Source: the human T2T-CHM13v2.0 reference genome, Homo sapiens. From it: a stretch of 64,000 nucleotides of DNA. The notes below the pieces were generated by a model. The model worked only from the letters and a program-made list of their open reading frames with translations, was not told where the DNA came from and did not search any database. The position numbers and the translations under genes were made by a program. This document shows, piece by piece, positions 1 to 12,680 of the stretch (position 1 is the first letter of the stretch; each line of letters opens with the position of its first letter). The stretch lies in the NCBI RefSeq assembly GCF_009914755.1, contig NC_060926.1. One strand, given 5' to 3'.

Positions 1-439
1 CTGTGAAATGTAAAAGCCTGAAGCCCTTCAGTGGCTTTCTGGATGTCAGACAATTCTTGCAAATAGCAATTTAGTGAACACAACCTAACCGAATAAAATC
101 ATGCCAACTGGATTCCCTTTGATCCGGACATACCACTCCAATGTATGGAGGTCAGTACTTAACATAAGGTATGACAAGTCTGCTTCAGCAAAACCATTTG
201 AAAATTGGTATTATGACATGCCAAGGCCACAGTACTGCAGCTGACAGCCCACACCTCTCCAGCAGCCCAACTGCACTGAGGGCTTACAGGGCACTGACAA
301 TTGTAAATCAAATTCATTCCTGAGAAAATGAATAAAGTGAATTTTTAAGAAATGCTTTAACTGGAATGTACTTGGAGGCACGGGTATGTTGTGGAGGAGA
401 TGGACGCCGACCCAAGACCAACTTGCCTACAAAAGTGGT

Positions 440-610
440 TGCTACAGTCTACAAGCTTGTGCCTGCCTCCTAAATTTCTATGTTAAAATCCTAACCCCAA
501 GGTGATGGTATCTGGAAGATTTGGGAAGTTGATTAGGTCATGGAAGCAGAGCCCTCATGAGTAAGGTTAATGACCTCAAAAAAAGAAGTCCAAGAAACCT
601 CCCTTCCCCT
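440..610 (+). mobile_element. MaLR LTR 5' fragment (MLT1A0-like)
   Basis: Starts TGCTACAGTCT and continues tatgttaaaatcctaaccccaaggtgatggta...gattaggtcatg...agagccctcatga, typical of the MLT1A/MST 5' half. Truncated near 610. Confidence 0.7.
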
Positions 611-2015
611 TGGCTGGGGAACCAAATCACCATGAAGTGGGTTTTAAAGGTGATTCCAGTAAAGGCTCAGAAATGACAGAGGAGAGCTGCAGGGAGAGCC
701 TCCGCCTTATGGAATATCTAAGTGGTCATGAACAGAATGTTGGTAGAAATATGGATGATAAAGGCCTTTCTGGTGAGCTCTCAAATGGAAATGAGGAACG
801 TTTGAGAATGAAATACAAATGAGGATGACACAGGAAAGGCCATCCTTGTTATAAAATGGTGAATAACTTGGCTGGATTGTGTTTGTGTCAGGTGTTTTAT
901 GGAAGATGAAACCCCCAAACAATGGAAGTGGATATTTGGCTGAGCAGAGGGCTGCAGGAGCACCCGGTTCCTCTTGACTCCTCATAGTGAGATGGGAGAA
1001 GAGTGAAGCAATTTAAAGATAGAGATGGTAATCCAAAAGGAAGCAGAGCTTAAAAATTAGGAAAATTCTCAGCCTATCCATATTGGGAAACACAAGAAAG
1101 CCTGCTTGGGAAAGAACAAGGGTGTGGCCAAGAGACCTTTGATATGGAAATTAGCATGAATCTGCCATCTCAGCAGAAGACAGGTGCCATTCATGAAGAC
1201 AATGGGGAGATTAGCCAGAACCTAGTGTCCATGACCATGGAAGAATGACCTCAAAGGAGTTTCAGAGCCTGAAGAGTGGCATGGCATCAAAGGAGAGGCC
1301 ACAGCCACCTAGCCCTGTCACACATCTGAGCTCTACTCCCCGCACTCAGACACCAAGCTGCTCGGCGGTCCCAGGTGTGGCTCTGGTGGGCTGGAGGGGA
1401 AGGTAGTTTGTGCAGAAAGGCTATGAGAGCATGACTACCTCCACCTAGATTGTTCTAGAGGGTTCTAGAGAGTAACATGACCCAGGCAGAGGGGTGTCTG
1501 GGACAGGGCAGCTGCAGGGAGCCCCCACTAGGGCAACGCCCAGTGAGGCCATGGGCGTAAGGCTGCTCAAAGCCATGGGAGTGGGGCTGCCCGGAGCCTT
1601 CAGCACCCAACTCCTGTGTGACAAAACTGTGGATTGGGCCCTGCACCCCAGGGTGCCTGGAAGGTGGGATCCAAGCCCCATTGAGCCCGGAGGGCAGAGC
1701 ATTGAGCCGATGTTGATTCCTGATCTTTAAGGCCTTTCTTCTTCCCTATTTTTGCCCTGTGGAATACAAATGTCTGTACTACACGTGCCCCACAACTGTA
1801 TTTTGAAAGCACATAAAACGTTTCATTTCACCAGCTCATAGATGATGAATTTGCCTCAAGACGCAAACCACCTTTGAGTCTCACCAGTATCTGATTCAGG
1901 TGAGACTTTAGACTTTTGCATTGCTGCTGAAATTAATTAAAACTTTTAAGGATGTTGAGATGGAACGAATGTATTTTGTATGTGAAGACATGAATTAGGA
2001 GGGTTCGGGACAGAA
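611..2015 (+). mobile_element. MaLR internal region (MST/MLT1A-int-like), decayed
   Basis: Matches remembered MaLR-int motifs (gaacagaatgttggtagaaatatgga; aaaggccatccttgttataaa; gggcagctgcagggagcc). Ends in a polypurine tract immediately before the 3' LTR. Confidence 0.8.
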
Positions 2016-2437
2016 TGCTATAGTTTGAATGTACGTATATCTCCAAAACTTATATGTTGAGATTTAAATCCCAATTTGATGGTATTAAGAGGTGTGTCCT
2101 TAGGGAGGTGATTAGGCCCTGAGGGCTCCACCGACAAGAATGAGACTAATGCCCTAAGAAAGATGCTTCAGAGACCTTCCTAGTCCTTTTGCCTCTTCTG
2201 CCCTGTGAGTGCATAATGTGCAGCCATTCTGCCATTGCTCCATTGTGCCTTAAGCCATGGGAAGACACTGCAACAAGGTGTCATCTTGGAAGCAAAGAGG
2301 AGCCTCACTGGACACCGAAGCTGCCAGCACCTTGATCTTGAACTTCCCAGCCTCCAGAATTGTGAGAAATGAATTTCTTATTTACAAATTACTTGGTCTA
2401 AGATATTTTGTTATAGCAGCATGATCGGAATAAGAGA
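2016..2437 (+). mobile_element. MaLR LTR (MSTD/MLT1A-like)
   Basis: TGCTATAGTTTGAATG start, ccttgatcttgaacttcccagcctccagaattgtgagaaat core and ttgttatagcagca end. Confidence 0.85.
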
Positions 2438-3175
2438 GTTATTTTATGTATTTATAAAAACACAATGTTTCATCGCACTCCCTAAGGCTCGTGGTAGGGT
2501 TTGGGAAGTGGGCCATTTTACACCAAGAGTGGGAAGAGACAGACATGCAGATGTCTCCCTGAGCTTTTCAAGAAGCCTGAAGTCTGGTCATTGTTATCCT
2601 GGTTAGTCTAGTTAAGACCCTGCCTAAAATCACAGGCTAAGGAGAGCATGCCAAGAGTCATTCCCTCCTTAAGGGCTATGTTCCAAGGGGAAAAAATCAC
2701 TCTATATAGATGCATCCTCAGATGAATGAAGATGTGGCCTCAGATCCTAGAGCAGGGAGGGGGCCCCCTTAGTCTTCACTTAGTCTGCCCCCTTAGTCTT
2801 TGCTTAAAATGCAGTGGAATATCCTAGTTAGTTTAGGAAACTTCAGAGACCCGGTAAGGCCACCAACACTTCCACACTCAGGGCAAGAGTCTCTATGGGA
2901 AATGGAGTGCTCCAAGTTGCCGCAGGTGCAGCGTGCGAGCTCAGTGTGCGCGTGTACATACAGGGGAGTGCAAAGCAAGCACTCGTTTGCATAGAGCCTC
3001 TCCGCATGCTCACAGACACACAGAGAAACGTGCACAGAGCCACCGCCTCTTCAGGAAACTTCCAGAGGCCCTTCCAAGTAGACCACTGGGTCTTCACCCA
3101 CAGACTCTGCATCAGGGTTTCAGGATGTACCCTATCCTCAATGTCAAATATAGTGGCTCACCTGGTTGAAAGCTT

Positions 3176-3188
3176 CCACCAGGGGGCA
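3176..3188 (+). promoter_or_regulatory. Candidate CTCF site
   Basis: CCACCAGGGGGCA matches the CTCF core consensus and lies outside any repeat I recognise. Confidence 0.55.
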
Positions 3189-3714
3189 AGATTTTCCATT
3201 CCACAGTGAGAATCCAGGCCCAATCCTGCTACAAGGAGACACATCATGCCTTTACCTTCCATGCAGATGTAATAGTGGCAAGGCAAATGCTCTCCTTGAC
3301 CAGAGCAAAGACATGGGGAAGTTAGGGCAGAAGAGTCCTGCAGGGAGCAAAAAGAGGCGTGAGGGAAGAGGCCAGGCAAGGCAGAGTGTGAGGAGTGAAG
3401 CCCAAATCAAGCCTCTTGGACCTCAATAGCTGTCAAGGTCTTATCTTGGCTACAAATAAAATATTGCATTTTAAACCCCCAAATATGCCAAGACCATCCT
3501 CTGCCTCTCTGTCTCTAACCTTTCCAGACTGAGCTCTAGGATGCCAGGGAAAAGCAGCAGGGCAGTTAATTCCCGCATTCCTTCCACCTACAGCAGGCTC
3601 TGGGAGTCCAGTACATGCAGGGCCTGGGGGACAGCAGAGCCCCACCTGAGACAGAGGCTGAGCTCAGCAGCCAGTCAAACCCGGTCTGGTTCTGCTTCCA
3701 GATGAAAACGTCTC

Positions 3715-4069
3715 TATGTTAGTGTGTTTCTACACTGCTATGAAGAAATACCACAGAATGGTAATTTGTAAAGAAAAGAGGTTTAATTGACTCACAGTTC
3801 CACATGGCTGGGAGACCTCAGGAAACTTATAATCATGGAGGAAGGCACCTCTTCACAGGACAGCAGGAGAGAGGATAAGAGCCAGCAGGGAAAATGCCAG
3901 ACGCTTATAAAACCATCAGATCTCGTGAGAACTCACTCACTATCACGAAAACAGCATGGGGGAACCATCACCATGATTGAATTACCTCCACCTGGTCCCA
4001 CTCTGACACGAGGGGATTATTACAATCCAAGGTGAGATTTGTGTGGGGACACAGAGCCAAACCATATCA
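3715..4069 (-). mobile_element. THE1 (THE1D-like) solo LTR
   Basis: gtttaattgactcacagttccacatggctggg...aaaccatcagatctcgtgagaactcactcactatc...ggggacacagagccaaaccatatca is the reverse complement of the THE1 LTR consensus. Confidence 0.92.
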
Positions 4070-6486
4070 ACCTCAGACCACCGCAGTCAACAGTGCAGCC
4101 AATGTTTCCTGGAATCGTTGAGCAGACATCAAATGGAGTAGCTGCCTTTTGTGTAGAGGCTGTGGTATGGATGTCTCTACGTTGGACCCACACTTGGCAT
4201 CATGCAAGTCACACCTATCAGACGCATGACAGAGATGAAGCCAGCTGGTCCCGAGCGTGCCTATGCCTGTCCATGTCTGTGCTGCCTCGCTGCAGGCATG
4301 CACTCTCCTGCCGTGCGCTGAGGTGGACGCTGCATGGCTGGGACATTCTCTCTACCTGTCTCTGCCTCTGTGTCTGTCTGTCCCCCACACACACATGTGC
4401 GTACACACACAATGTTGCTGGTCCCTGTCCACTAGAATGCACTCCATGTGATGACTGTGGATCCTACCACGACCAGCACCAGAAATAAGGCACCAGCACA
4501 GCTCAGGAGAGGAACTCGCCCAGGTTTTGAAAGATTTGATCCATCATCCTCACTTTGAGTACAAGTCAAAAATAAAAACCTCCAGAGGCCAACCCTTTTT
4601 AAAATTCATTTCTTATTGCCTTTCTTTTTTCTCTCCTTTTCCTCTCTAGATGGTGGCAGCAAAATTCAAAGCAAGAGAATCCCCAGGGAAAGGACAAGAT
4701 GGCAAGACCCAGCCTGGGGTGGCCACGGCCCTCCTCTCTGACAGGATCCTTCCCTGGGAGGTTTTCTCTCAACTTCTACACCCAGAACTGTCTCCAAAAC
4801 GGGAAGCGTGTTAGCTGGAAACGACTCGTTCCTAGCAAGGCTGCTCCATCTGCATGGGCTCGGCGCTGCTGGGATCTGGGATCCGTCCTGACTTGTGATT
4901 CTGGTGCTGTTGCCTTGGGATCCTCGCTGAAATGCCAGCCACTACGTTGGCTCCCTTATAATCACCTCTTGCCCACTAGGGAAGGTAAAATAGCATCGAA
5001 TCAGGAGGAGGAGGCATCGGAAGCACTGTGATGGGGACGTGGTTAGGTTTTCTTCCTCCAGCCCTGAACAGGAGCCTCTGAATTTTTCAACAGCTGTCTT
5101 TGCCCCTCTTGGAGAAAGCCCCGTCTGTTCCCCCTTCCTCACTGCGTAATCCTTCCCATACGCCCCTGCTCGCTGCCATTTCTGAAGGACACAGGGGGCT
5201 TCTGTTACCTGAGCCCTTTTTCCCTCACAGATGCCTGCAGGCTGAGGCTTGCTGGGGAGGCCTCTTCAAGGGACGCCTAGCCCCTGGACATCATCCAAGT
5301 TGGCAGCTTCACCACAGAGCTGCTGAGAGAAAGGCGCGGGGGGCAGCCTGGGCTGGCCTGCTGAGCCAAGATAAAGCTGCAGGAACCTGCTGCTGCCAGA
5401 AGGGATGTTTGCTGGGTTCCCACAGGTGACCAATGCAGGCAGAGACCAGCCAGGACTCCAGCTCAGGGACAGTGATGGGCACAGGGTCACGCAGGGCTCT
5501 AGGCTTGGCCCAGGTTTTGAGCCAACAACACCAGCTGCCTGGTGGTGGGAACAGACACAAGCACCAGGCTCAGTTTTCAAAGCTCTCCTCCTCCTTCTCC
5601 TGTTATTTAAGGTCATACCACATTGGAAGTGAGTCAGGCAGGTGGAGCCCTTTATGTCCATGAGGCAGGTGCAGCAGCCCAGGGAGGCAGGGTGGCCTTT
5701 CCCAGGAATAGCCAGCGTCACCTGGAGGCAGAGCCAGGCGAGGGCTGTGTGGGTGGCTCCCAGCCATGTGGACAGCAGGCCTGACTGTCCCTGTCCCCAT
5801 GAGCCTCATGAAGGTGCCGCGGATCCGTCCAGGCGTGGGTGTTGTTCTCTTCCGGCCCAGCCTTCTCCCTCTTTCCACACACACGATTGGGCCAGCATCT
5901 CCCGTCTGCTGCCATCTCCTCTGCTGGTGGGGGTGCGTCAGCTGACCCTGTGCCCTCTGGCCTCATTTTTCATGGGTGTTGCCACTGTCTGGCTGTCTGC
6001 CCCTTCCCACATTAACTCTCACCCTCTGGCGGCAGAGACCTTGTCTTGCCCATCTCTGTATCTCCAGCCCCCAGTGGCCCTCAGTGCGCATTTGCCAAGG
6101 GAAATATATGCAAAAAGTACATTTGCATATCACAGCCCTGTGAGGCAGACACACCCAGAATCATTGCTCCTGCTTTGCAGAGAGGGTCTGTCCCTGGACC
6201 CCGTCTTTGACTGCTGGGGCCTGAGGGTGTGGGCGGACAATGAGGCACATCAGAAGGAAGTAGAGAAGGGAGAGTGAGAGCCTGTCTTTCGTCCAGCTCC
6301 CTCCCTGCAGGGCCACCCCTGGCCAGCCTTAGACCAAAGGACACAGATGCCAGCAAATGTCTCTGCCAGCCCCCGGGGCTGGCAGGTGGCCTCCCTCCCA
6401 GCCACACTCAGATGCCATGGCTGTGATTACAAAGAACACAGGGACCAGGGCACTTGGGCTCTGTGTGACAACCCTGTGCAGCTGGG

Positions 6487-7330
6487 GACACACACACACC
6501 ACAGCATGCCACATATACATACACACACACACATCATACACACCACAGCACAGCACACAAACCATACACACCACAGCACAGCACACACACACACAAACCA
6601 TACCCACCAGAGCACAGCACACACACAAACCATACACACCACAGCACAGCACACACACACACACAAACCATACACACCATGGCACAGAACACACACACAA
6701 ACCATACACACCATAGCACGGCACACACACAAACACAAACTATGCACACCACAGCACAGCACACACACAAACACAAACTATACACACCACAGCACACACA
6801 CAAACACAAACTATGCACACCACAGCACAGCACACACACAAACACAAACCATACATACCACAGCACAGCACACAGACACACGCAGACCATACACGCCATA
6901 GCACAACACACACACACACAAACCATACACACCATAGCACAGCACACACACACAAACACAAACCATACACACCACAGCACAGCACACACACAAACACAAA
7001 CTATACACACCACAGCACAGCACACACACACACACAAAAACCATACACACTACAGCAGAGCACACCACACGCACAAACACAAACCATATACACCACAAAG
7101 GAGCAAACCACACGCACAAACGATACACACCACACCATAGCAAATCACACACAAACATACACACATATACCATACATACCACAGCACATCACACACACAC
7201 ACAAACCATACACAGACCACAGACACCACACACTACACACACCGTATCACACATGCCACATGAGTGCATGCCACATGAGTGCACGCCACAAGCATGTACC
7301 CCACATGCACACACATAGACACACACACCA
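6487..7330. repeat. CA-rich minisatellite, ~32-42 bp unit (caaaccatacacaccacagcacagc[ac]n)
   Basis: The aaccatac/aactat anchor recurs at 6560, 6596, 6628, 6666, 6700, 6738, 6776 and onward. The array degenerates after ~7100. Confidence 0.95.
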
Positions 7331-7639
7331 CCTTTCCCACCAGCACAGCCGCCCTGTGGTTGGAGGAGGCTGGGAGTGGTCTTTGCTGTTTTTTGCTTAG
7401 GAAGCTGTGAGCCCAGCACAAGTCCATGTGTCTCCTCCCCTGCGGCACACTTTATCTCCCCCCGTCCCCCACCTCCCTCTCCCATCCCCTCTCTCTCTCC
7501 CCACTGTGGTCCTGGGCTCAGGCTGACAGGAATCCTAAGAGGCAGGGAAAATGGAAAAGAGACGGACTGCAGGGGCAGCTGGGGAGACACCAGCTGTTCA
7601 CAGAAGACTAGCAGCCAGGCGCCCAGCCTCACCAGGAGC

Positions 7640-7950
7640 TGAGCAAGGCCAAGGAGAGAGGAGGGAGAGGGGAGGGCCTGGGGGTGATGGGGAGCCAGGG
7701 AGGGAGGGAGGACTGTTGAGAGGGCCTGGGTGGGGGAAGGAAGCCAGGGAGGGAGGGGAGGGAGGGAGGACTTGGTGAGGGCATGGGGGGAAGGGAAGCC
7801 AGGGAGGGAGAGCAGGAGAGGGAGGACTGTAGGGATGGACTGGGGGGAAGGGGACCCAGGGAGGGAGGTGGGAGAGTAGGACTAGGGGAGGGCCTGTGGG
7901 GGAAGGGAAGTCAGGAAGGGAGGGGACGGAGAGAGAACTGCAGGGAAGCC
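7640..7950 (+). repeat. G/A-rich low-complexity tract (G-quadruplex potential)
   Basis: Dense GGG/GGGG runs with a recurring 'ggggaagg(g)aagccagggaggga' block. Confidence 0.8.
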
Positions 7951-10517
7951 TCCAAGGCTCAGCCCTTTCAAGCAGGGGCTTCCTGGCCTGGTCAAGGCAG
8001 GCACCGCCCTTTCACTCCCCAAAGCTGTCCCACCCAGGGTGGAGGAGGTCAGTAAAGGTCAGTGGTCTGGTGTCTCTGCACCTGTGCAACTACCATCTGC
8101 CTGCCCCCTCCACAGCATGGGAGTTGCTGAGCCTGGAGACAGGTGCAGGCCTGGCCTCCCCTAGACCCCCTCCACCACCTAAGGGAAACTGCAAGCCCAT
8201 TGGCCGCTCAGAGTCCTCCTCCACACTGAGGGTCTTTCCTGAAGGCTCCCCCTTCCTTCCTGCCCTTCCCCCCTCCCCCTCCTTCTTTTTTTCTTTTTGC
8301 TTCCCTGCTGGAAACTGCCCAGGCCCCTTGGCTGTGGGGCCCTGCAGGGTCAGGCCGGGTGGACACTGCCAGGCTCCCGTCCCCTCATTTCAGTTGCCTG
8401 GGATGCTTTTGGGAGTGGACGGAAGGGCAGGCTGGTTGTGATTAGTGATTGTTCTGGAACAACAGACGTGATTCAGAGCTTCCCCAGGCAAGCAGGCCAC
8501 AGAGAACCTGACACAGGTGCCCACATGCGACTCTGCCTCCCAGTGCCATGGAGCTCTGCCAGAGCCTGGGTCGTGCTCACCTCAGGAGCTGCGGTCACAC
8601 CTGGGCCCTGCAGAGCCACAGGGGTCAGCAGCTCTGGAATGAATGGAAGAGTCCGTCCCTGTTGTGAGGGTCCAGTCCTCATGCTGATCCCTGGTCTACC
8701 TGCTTGCCTAGGGCAGCCCCGGCCATGGTCCAGCCGCCGTGAGAGGCCCCTGGTCCTGCTATGGTGCAGCTGCCCTGACCCTGGACAGCCCCAGCTCCTT
8801 CCTGCAGCTTCCCTCCCTCCAGCAGCTGGGGCAGGCAGCGGGGTCCATGCATCAATCATCATGTATTGGATGTCAGTGTCATTCCCCTCTATAACATTTC
8901 TGGGCCAGAGCCTCCTAAGTGGAAGCGTGAGGCAGGGACCTCGCCGACAGGGCTGGAGAGGCCGGTGCTCTCAGCAGCCCCTCCTTCACAGGTGAGGAAG
9001 TCACCCCAAATCACAGGTAAGTGGGAATCTGCAGCCACCAAGACTGCGCAGCACAGGAGGGGCGTCTTGGGGCAGGGTCCTCCTGGCCCAGCCCGGCCTT
9101 TCCCACCCCCGTGTGGCTGCCCTTCCTGGAACACCTGAGGTGCCCATCCTGCGCAGCTCCCGGGCTCTGACAGCCTGCACTCTTGCTCTGGAAGGCCAGG
9201 TCCAGCTGCACTGACACTGCGGGAGCCCCGCTTCACAGCAAGTGTCAATAGCAGAGGCCAGCCCCAGAGCACACACAGACACCCTTCCTGCTCCCAGTCA
9301 CCGGGGAAGCCTTCCTCAGGGTTTCTGCAGAAGCCCTGCCCACTGCCCCCTGCAGAGAGCCATCCTGCCACAGAGATGCGCCCCAGATGCGTCCTGGATG
9401 GATCAAGTCACTGCGTGTCAGGGAACGGCTCCTCTGCTGCTCCTGATGCCTGGCCACCCGTCCCGGTCCACCCCTCGCGAGGAAGGCCAGGCCTCCGCTC
9501 CTCTGCGGAGCCTTTCAGGAACATGAGGCCGCCTGTGTCAGCCATCAGGGTACCCACCGGCGCTGCTCATCCACCTGCCACCCCCACCTGCCACTTACTC
9601 CTAGCACAAGCAGGTGCCCCATGAATCCCGCGGAATGAGTTATTTCAGGATCCGCGGAACACACGTAACCAGACCCCCCCGTTTGTTGTTTTGGGGGACA
9701 TTGGAGATATGCAGGGCCCTCTCAGAACAAAATGATGAAGTCAGTGGGTGCCTTTTGAGGACCTCTGCCCCTCCCCGCTCAGCCAGCCTGCTCCTGTCAC
9801 TCGGCCTAAATCACTGCTAACAGCCACTGCGGGCACCTGCACACCACAGAGCCAAGCCTTTCCCGGTAGTAAGGCTTCATTTGTGTGAGGGCTTCACAGC
9901 CTCAAGGGCAAAATTACCATCATTATGCAGCATAGGGGGGTTGTGAAGGCGGCAGCCTCCCCTAGAGTCCCTACCAGGGAGAATGCTAACCATTGTGAAG
10001 GCTCAGGTCCCCTTTCTAAAGGCAGTTTATCACTGTAACCAGGCGACACCCCCCACCGTTTGCTCTCCTGCATGGGGGGCACATGTCTGGGGCCATCTGT
10101 GAGGGTCAGGGGACAAAAGGTGCCCTGGGCCCCAGGTCCCCATCGGACTGAAGGTAGAACGGAGGGCCTGCCTCAGGTCCAGCCATGTCTCCTGCCAACC
10201 GGGGGTCAGCAGAATTATTTTTAAATACAGACCCCATTACATCATCCTCTTCTCTAGGCCCCTCAGTGACTCCCCTAGCTCAGCCTCTGCCCCTCGCACG
10301 CACAGCCTCTGGAGACAGGCTCCCTCCTGGGTTTCACCCTCCTCTCCTCTTCCTCCCAGCTGTCCCTCCCTCCCCTCCGGGACACTGCATAAGGAATTGC
10401 CCCAAGACTCAGGAGTGTACACAGGCCCTGGGCAGGTTCACAGAGCAGCTCTGCTTCCAGCTGCGGGTAGTTCCCTCAGCGCCCCCCGCCCCACCTGCTT
10501 GAACCAGGGGTCAGCCA

Positions 10518-10900
10518 TGATGGGTCGAGAATGTTCCCCAAAAGGATATGTCAAAGCCCTACCCCCAAGTACCTGTGAACCTGACTTTATTTGGAAATAC
10601 GATCTTTGCAGGTGTCATCAAGTTAGGAGGTCCCTAGGGTGGGCCCTGGTCCAAAACGATTGATGTCCTCAGAAGAGGAGAGAGACTGACACTCGGGAAG
10701 GAGAGCACTCTGTAAGGACGAAGGCGGAGACGGGACTGACGCCAGAAGGCAGGGACCCAGAGAAGGGTGCCCCCGTCAGTGAGTGAGCAGGCCCTGCAGA
10801 TGCCTTGATTTGAACTTCTTGTGTCCAGGACTGGGAGGGAGCACACTCCTGCTGTTTTAAGCCACGCAGTTAACAGTGCTTTGTTCCACAGGGCAAGGCA
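10518..10900 (+). mobile_element. MLT1B/C-like solo LTR
   Basis: ccccaaaaggatatgtc...acctgtgaacctgactttatttggaaat...ccttgatttgaacttc...gctgttttaagccac. Confidence 0.8.
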
Positions 10901-11159
10901 GAGGCTCCGGAGAACAGAGATGCAGGAGACTGCAGGCTGAAGCAAGCTCAGAGCACGGCCACTTCCACCCATTTGCCTCTGGGCCAAGGCAAGGACTGGG
11001 ACACACATTCTGCTCCCACGAGCAAGGCAAGGTGAAAAGCTGCAGCCACTCATTTTATGGCCGCGTTCCATGGCTTTTCCTGGCTGCGTGTGACCACGTT
11101 AGAGCTGTTAACGTGATGGTGGCCTCAGCTCTCACTTCTTCCCCACACGCCGCATCAAC

Positions 11160-12258
11160 ACAAACACATACCATACATGAGCACATACCACATACATACA
11201 CAAACGCACGAAGCACATGAACACACACACACACCACATAAACACATGTCCATATATACACACCAGCAATTGCATACACGCACAAACACCACACACACAC
11301 ACGGACACACCCACCACACATACACACAGAAACACATACACACACCACATACACACATGCACGTATATACAAACACATGCATGCATGGAGAAACACCACA
11401 CACATACACATGGACACACACACACACACAGAAACACAGGCATAAATGCACACCACATACACATATATACACACAAACACAGGCATACATACACAAACAC
11501 AGCACACGTATAGACACACACCACATACACACATATACACACAAACACAGGAACACACATACACATGTACAAGCATACACCACACACACACATACACATA
11601 CACTACACACATACACACAAACATGCACCATATACATGCATACAAACATATATACACAAGCACACACACAAACACACACCACATACACTTATGTACAAAC
11701 ACACACACATGCATACATGCACAAACACCACGCACATACATACACACATTTATACACATGGACACACACACCACACATATGCATACACAAACATATACCA
11801 CACACACGTACACACAGATACATGCACACACTGTAGATACACAGAGACACAAAAACACACAAATACATATAGAATCACATACATACACACAAACACATAT
11901 ATATGAATAAACACACAAACATGTGCACACCCATACAGACACACATGACATATACATGGACATACACACAAACACACACCACACATCTGCATACACATAT
12001 ACACATATGTATACACATATACACAATATACACACACACTGCATACACAGAGAGACACACAAACATGTGCACACATGTACAACCACACTACATGCATGCA
12101 TGCACACACGTACACCATACATGAGCACATACACACACACATACACCCACATATATACACACCACATTCACAAATGCAAACTACACACATGCATACACAC
12201 ACATATATTCATGCACAAACACAAACACACACCACACACTGACAAACACATGCACACT
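11160..12258. repeat. Degenerate CA/TA-rich low-complexity array
   Basis: About 1.1 kb of acacac/atacac/acatgc with recurring 'cacaccacatacac'. No strict period. Confidence 0.95.
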
Positions 12259-12419
12259 TAGGCTTCAGTTACACAGAAAAGAGATTGTTCCATGCGCTTC
12301 CTGACCTTGTGGGCTCTGTGCCTTCTCTATGCAGAGTTCTCCTAAGCCACCTGGAATGGGGCCAGGGTAGCTCCTTCTCATCTTTTCCACCTTATTTCAA
12401 AGCTCTGTTTCCAAAGCTT

Positions 12420-12680
12420 TTACCACTCTCCATCTCTGACCTTTCTGCTTAACTCTAGAATTAATGCTGCCAATCTCCTGAATTATTACAACACTTATAT
12501 TCCATTATAATTCTGTGTGTAATGTGAGTCTCCCCAGCTACAAAACGACTCCAGCAGCCATGGGCTGTGTTTTCTCATGTTATATTCTCAGCTCATAACA
12601 TCTGAGAGTCCCCCAAAAAAATTTAGTCAATGAAAACTGGATAAATAAAGAATGGATATATGGACAAATAAATGAATTAA
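12420..12680 (+). mobile_element. L2 3' fragment
   Basis: ctccccagctaca...gggctgtgttttctc...gtcaatgaa...aataaatgaat resembles a decayed L2 tail. Confidence 0.45.

Noticed and set aside
6329-12261. His/Thr-rich and Cys/Val-rich ORFs resembling metal-binding proteins
   Set aside because: These are artefacts of (CA)n/(TG)n arrays.
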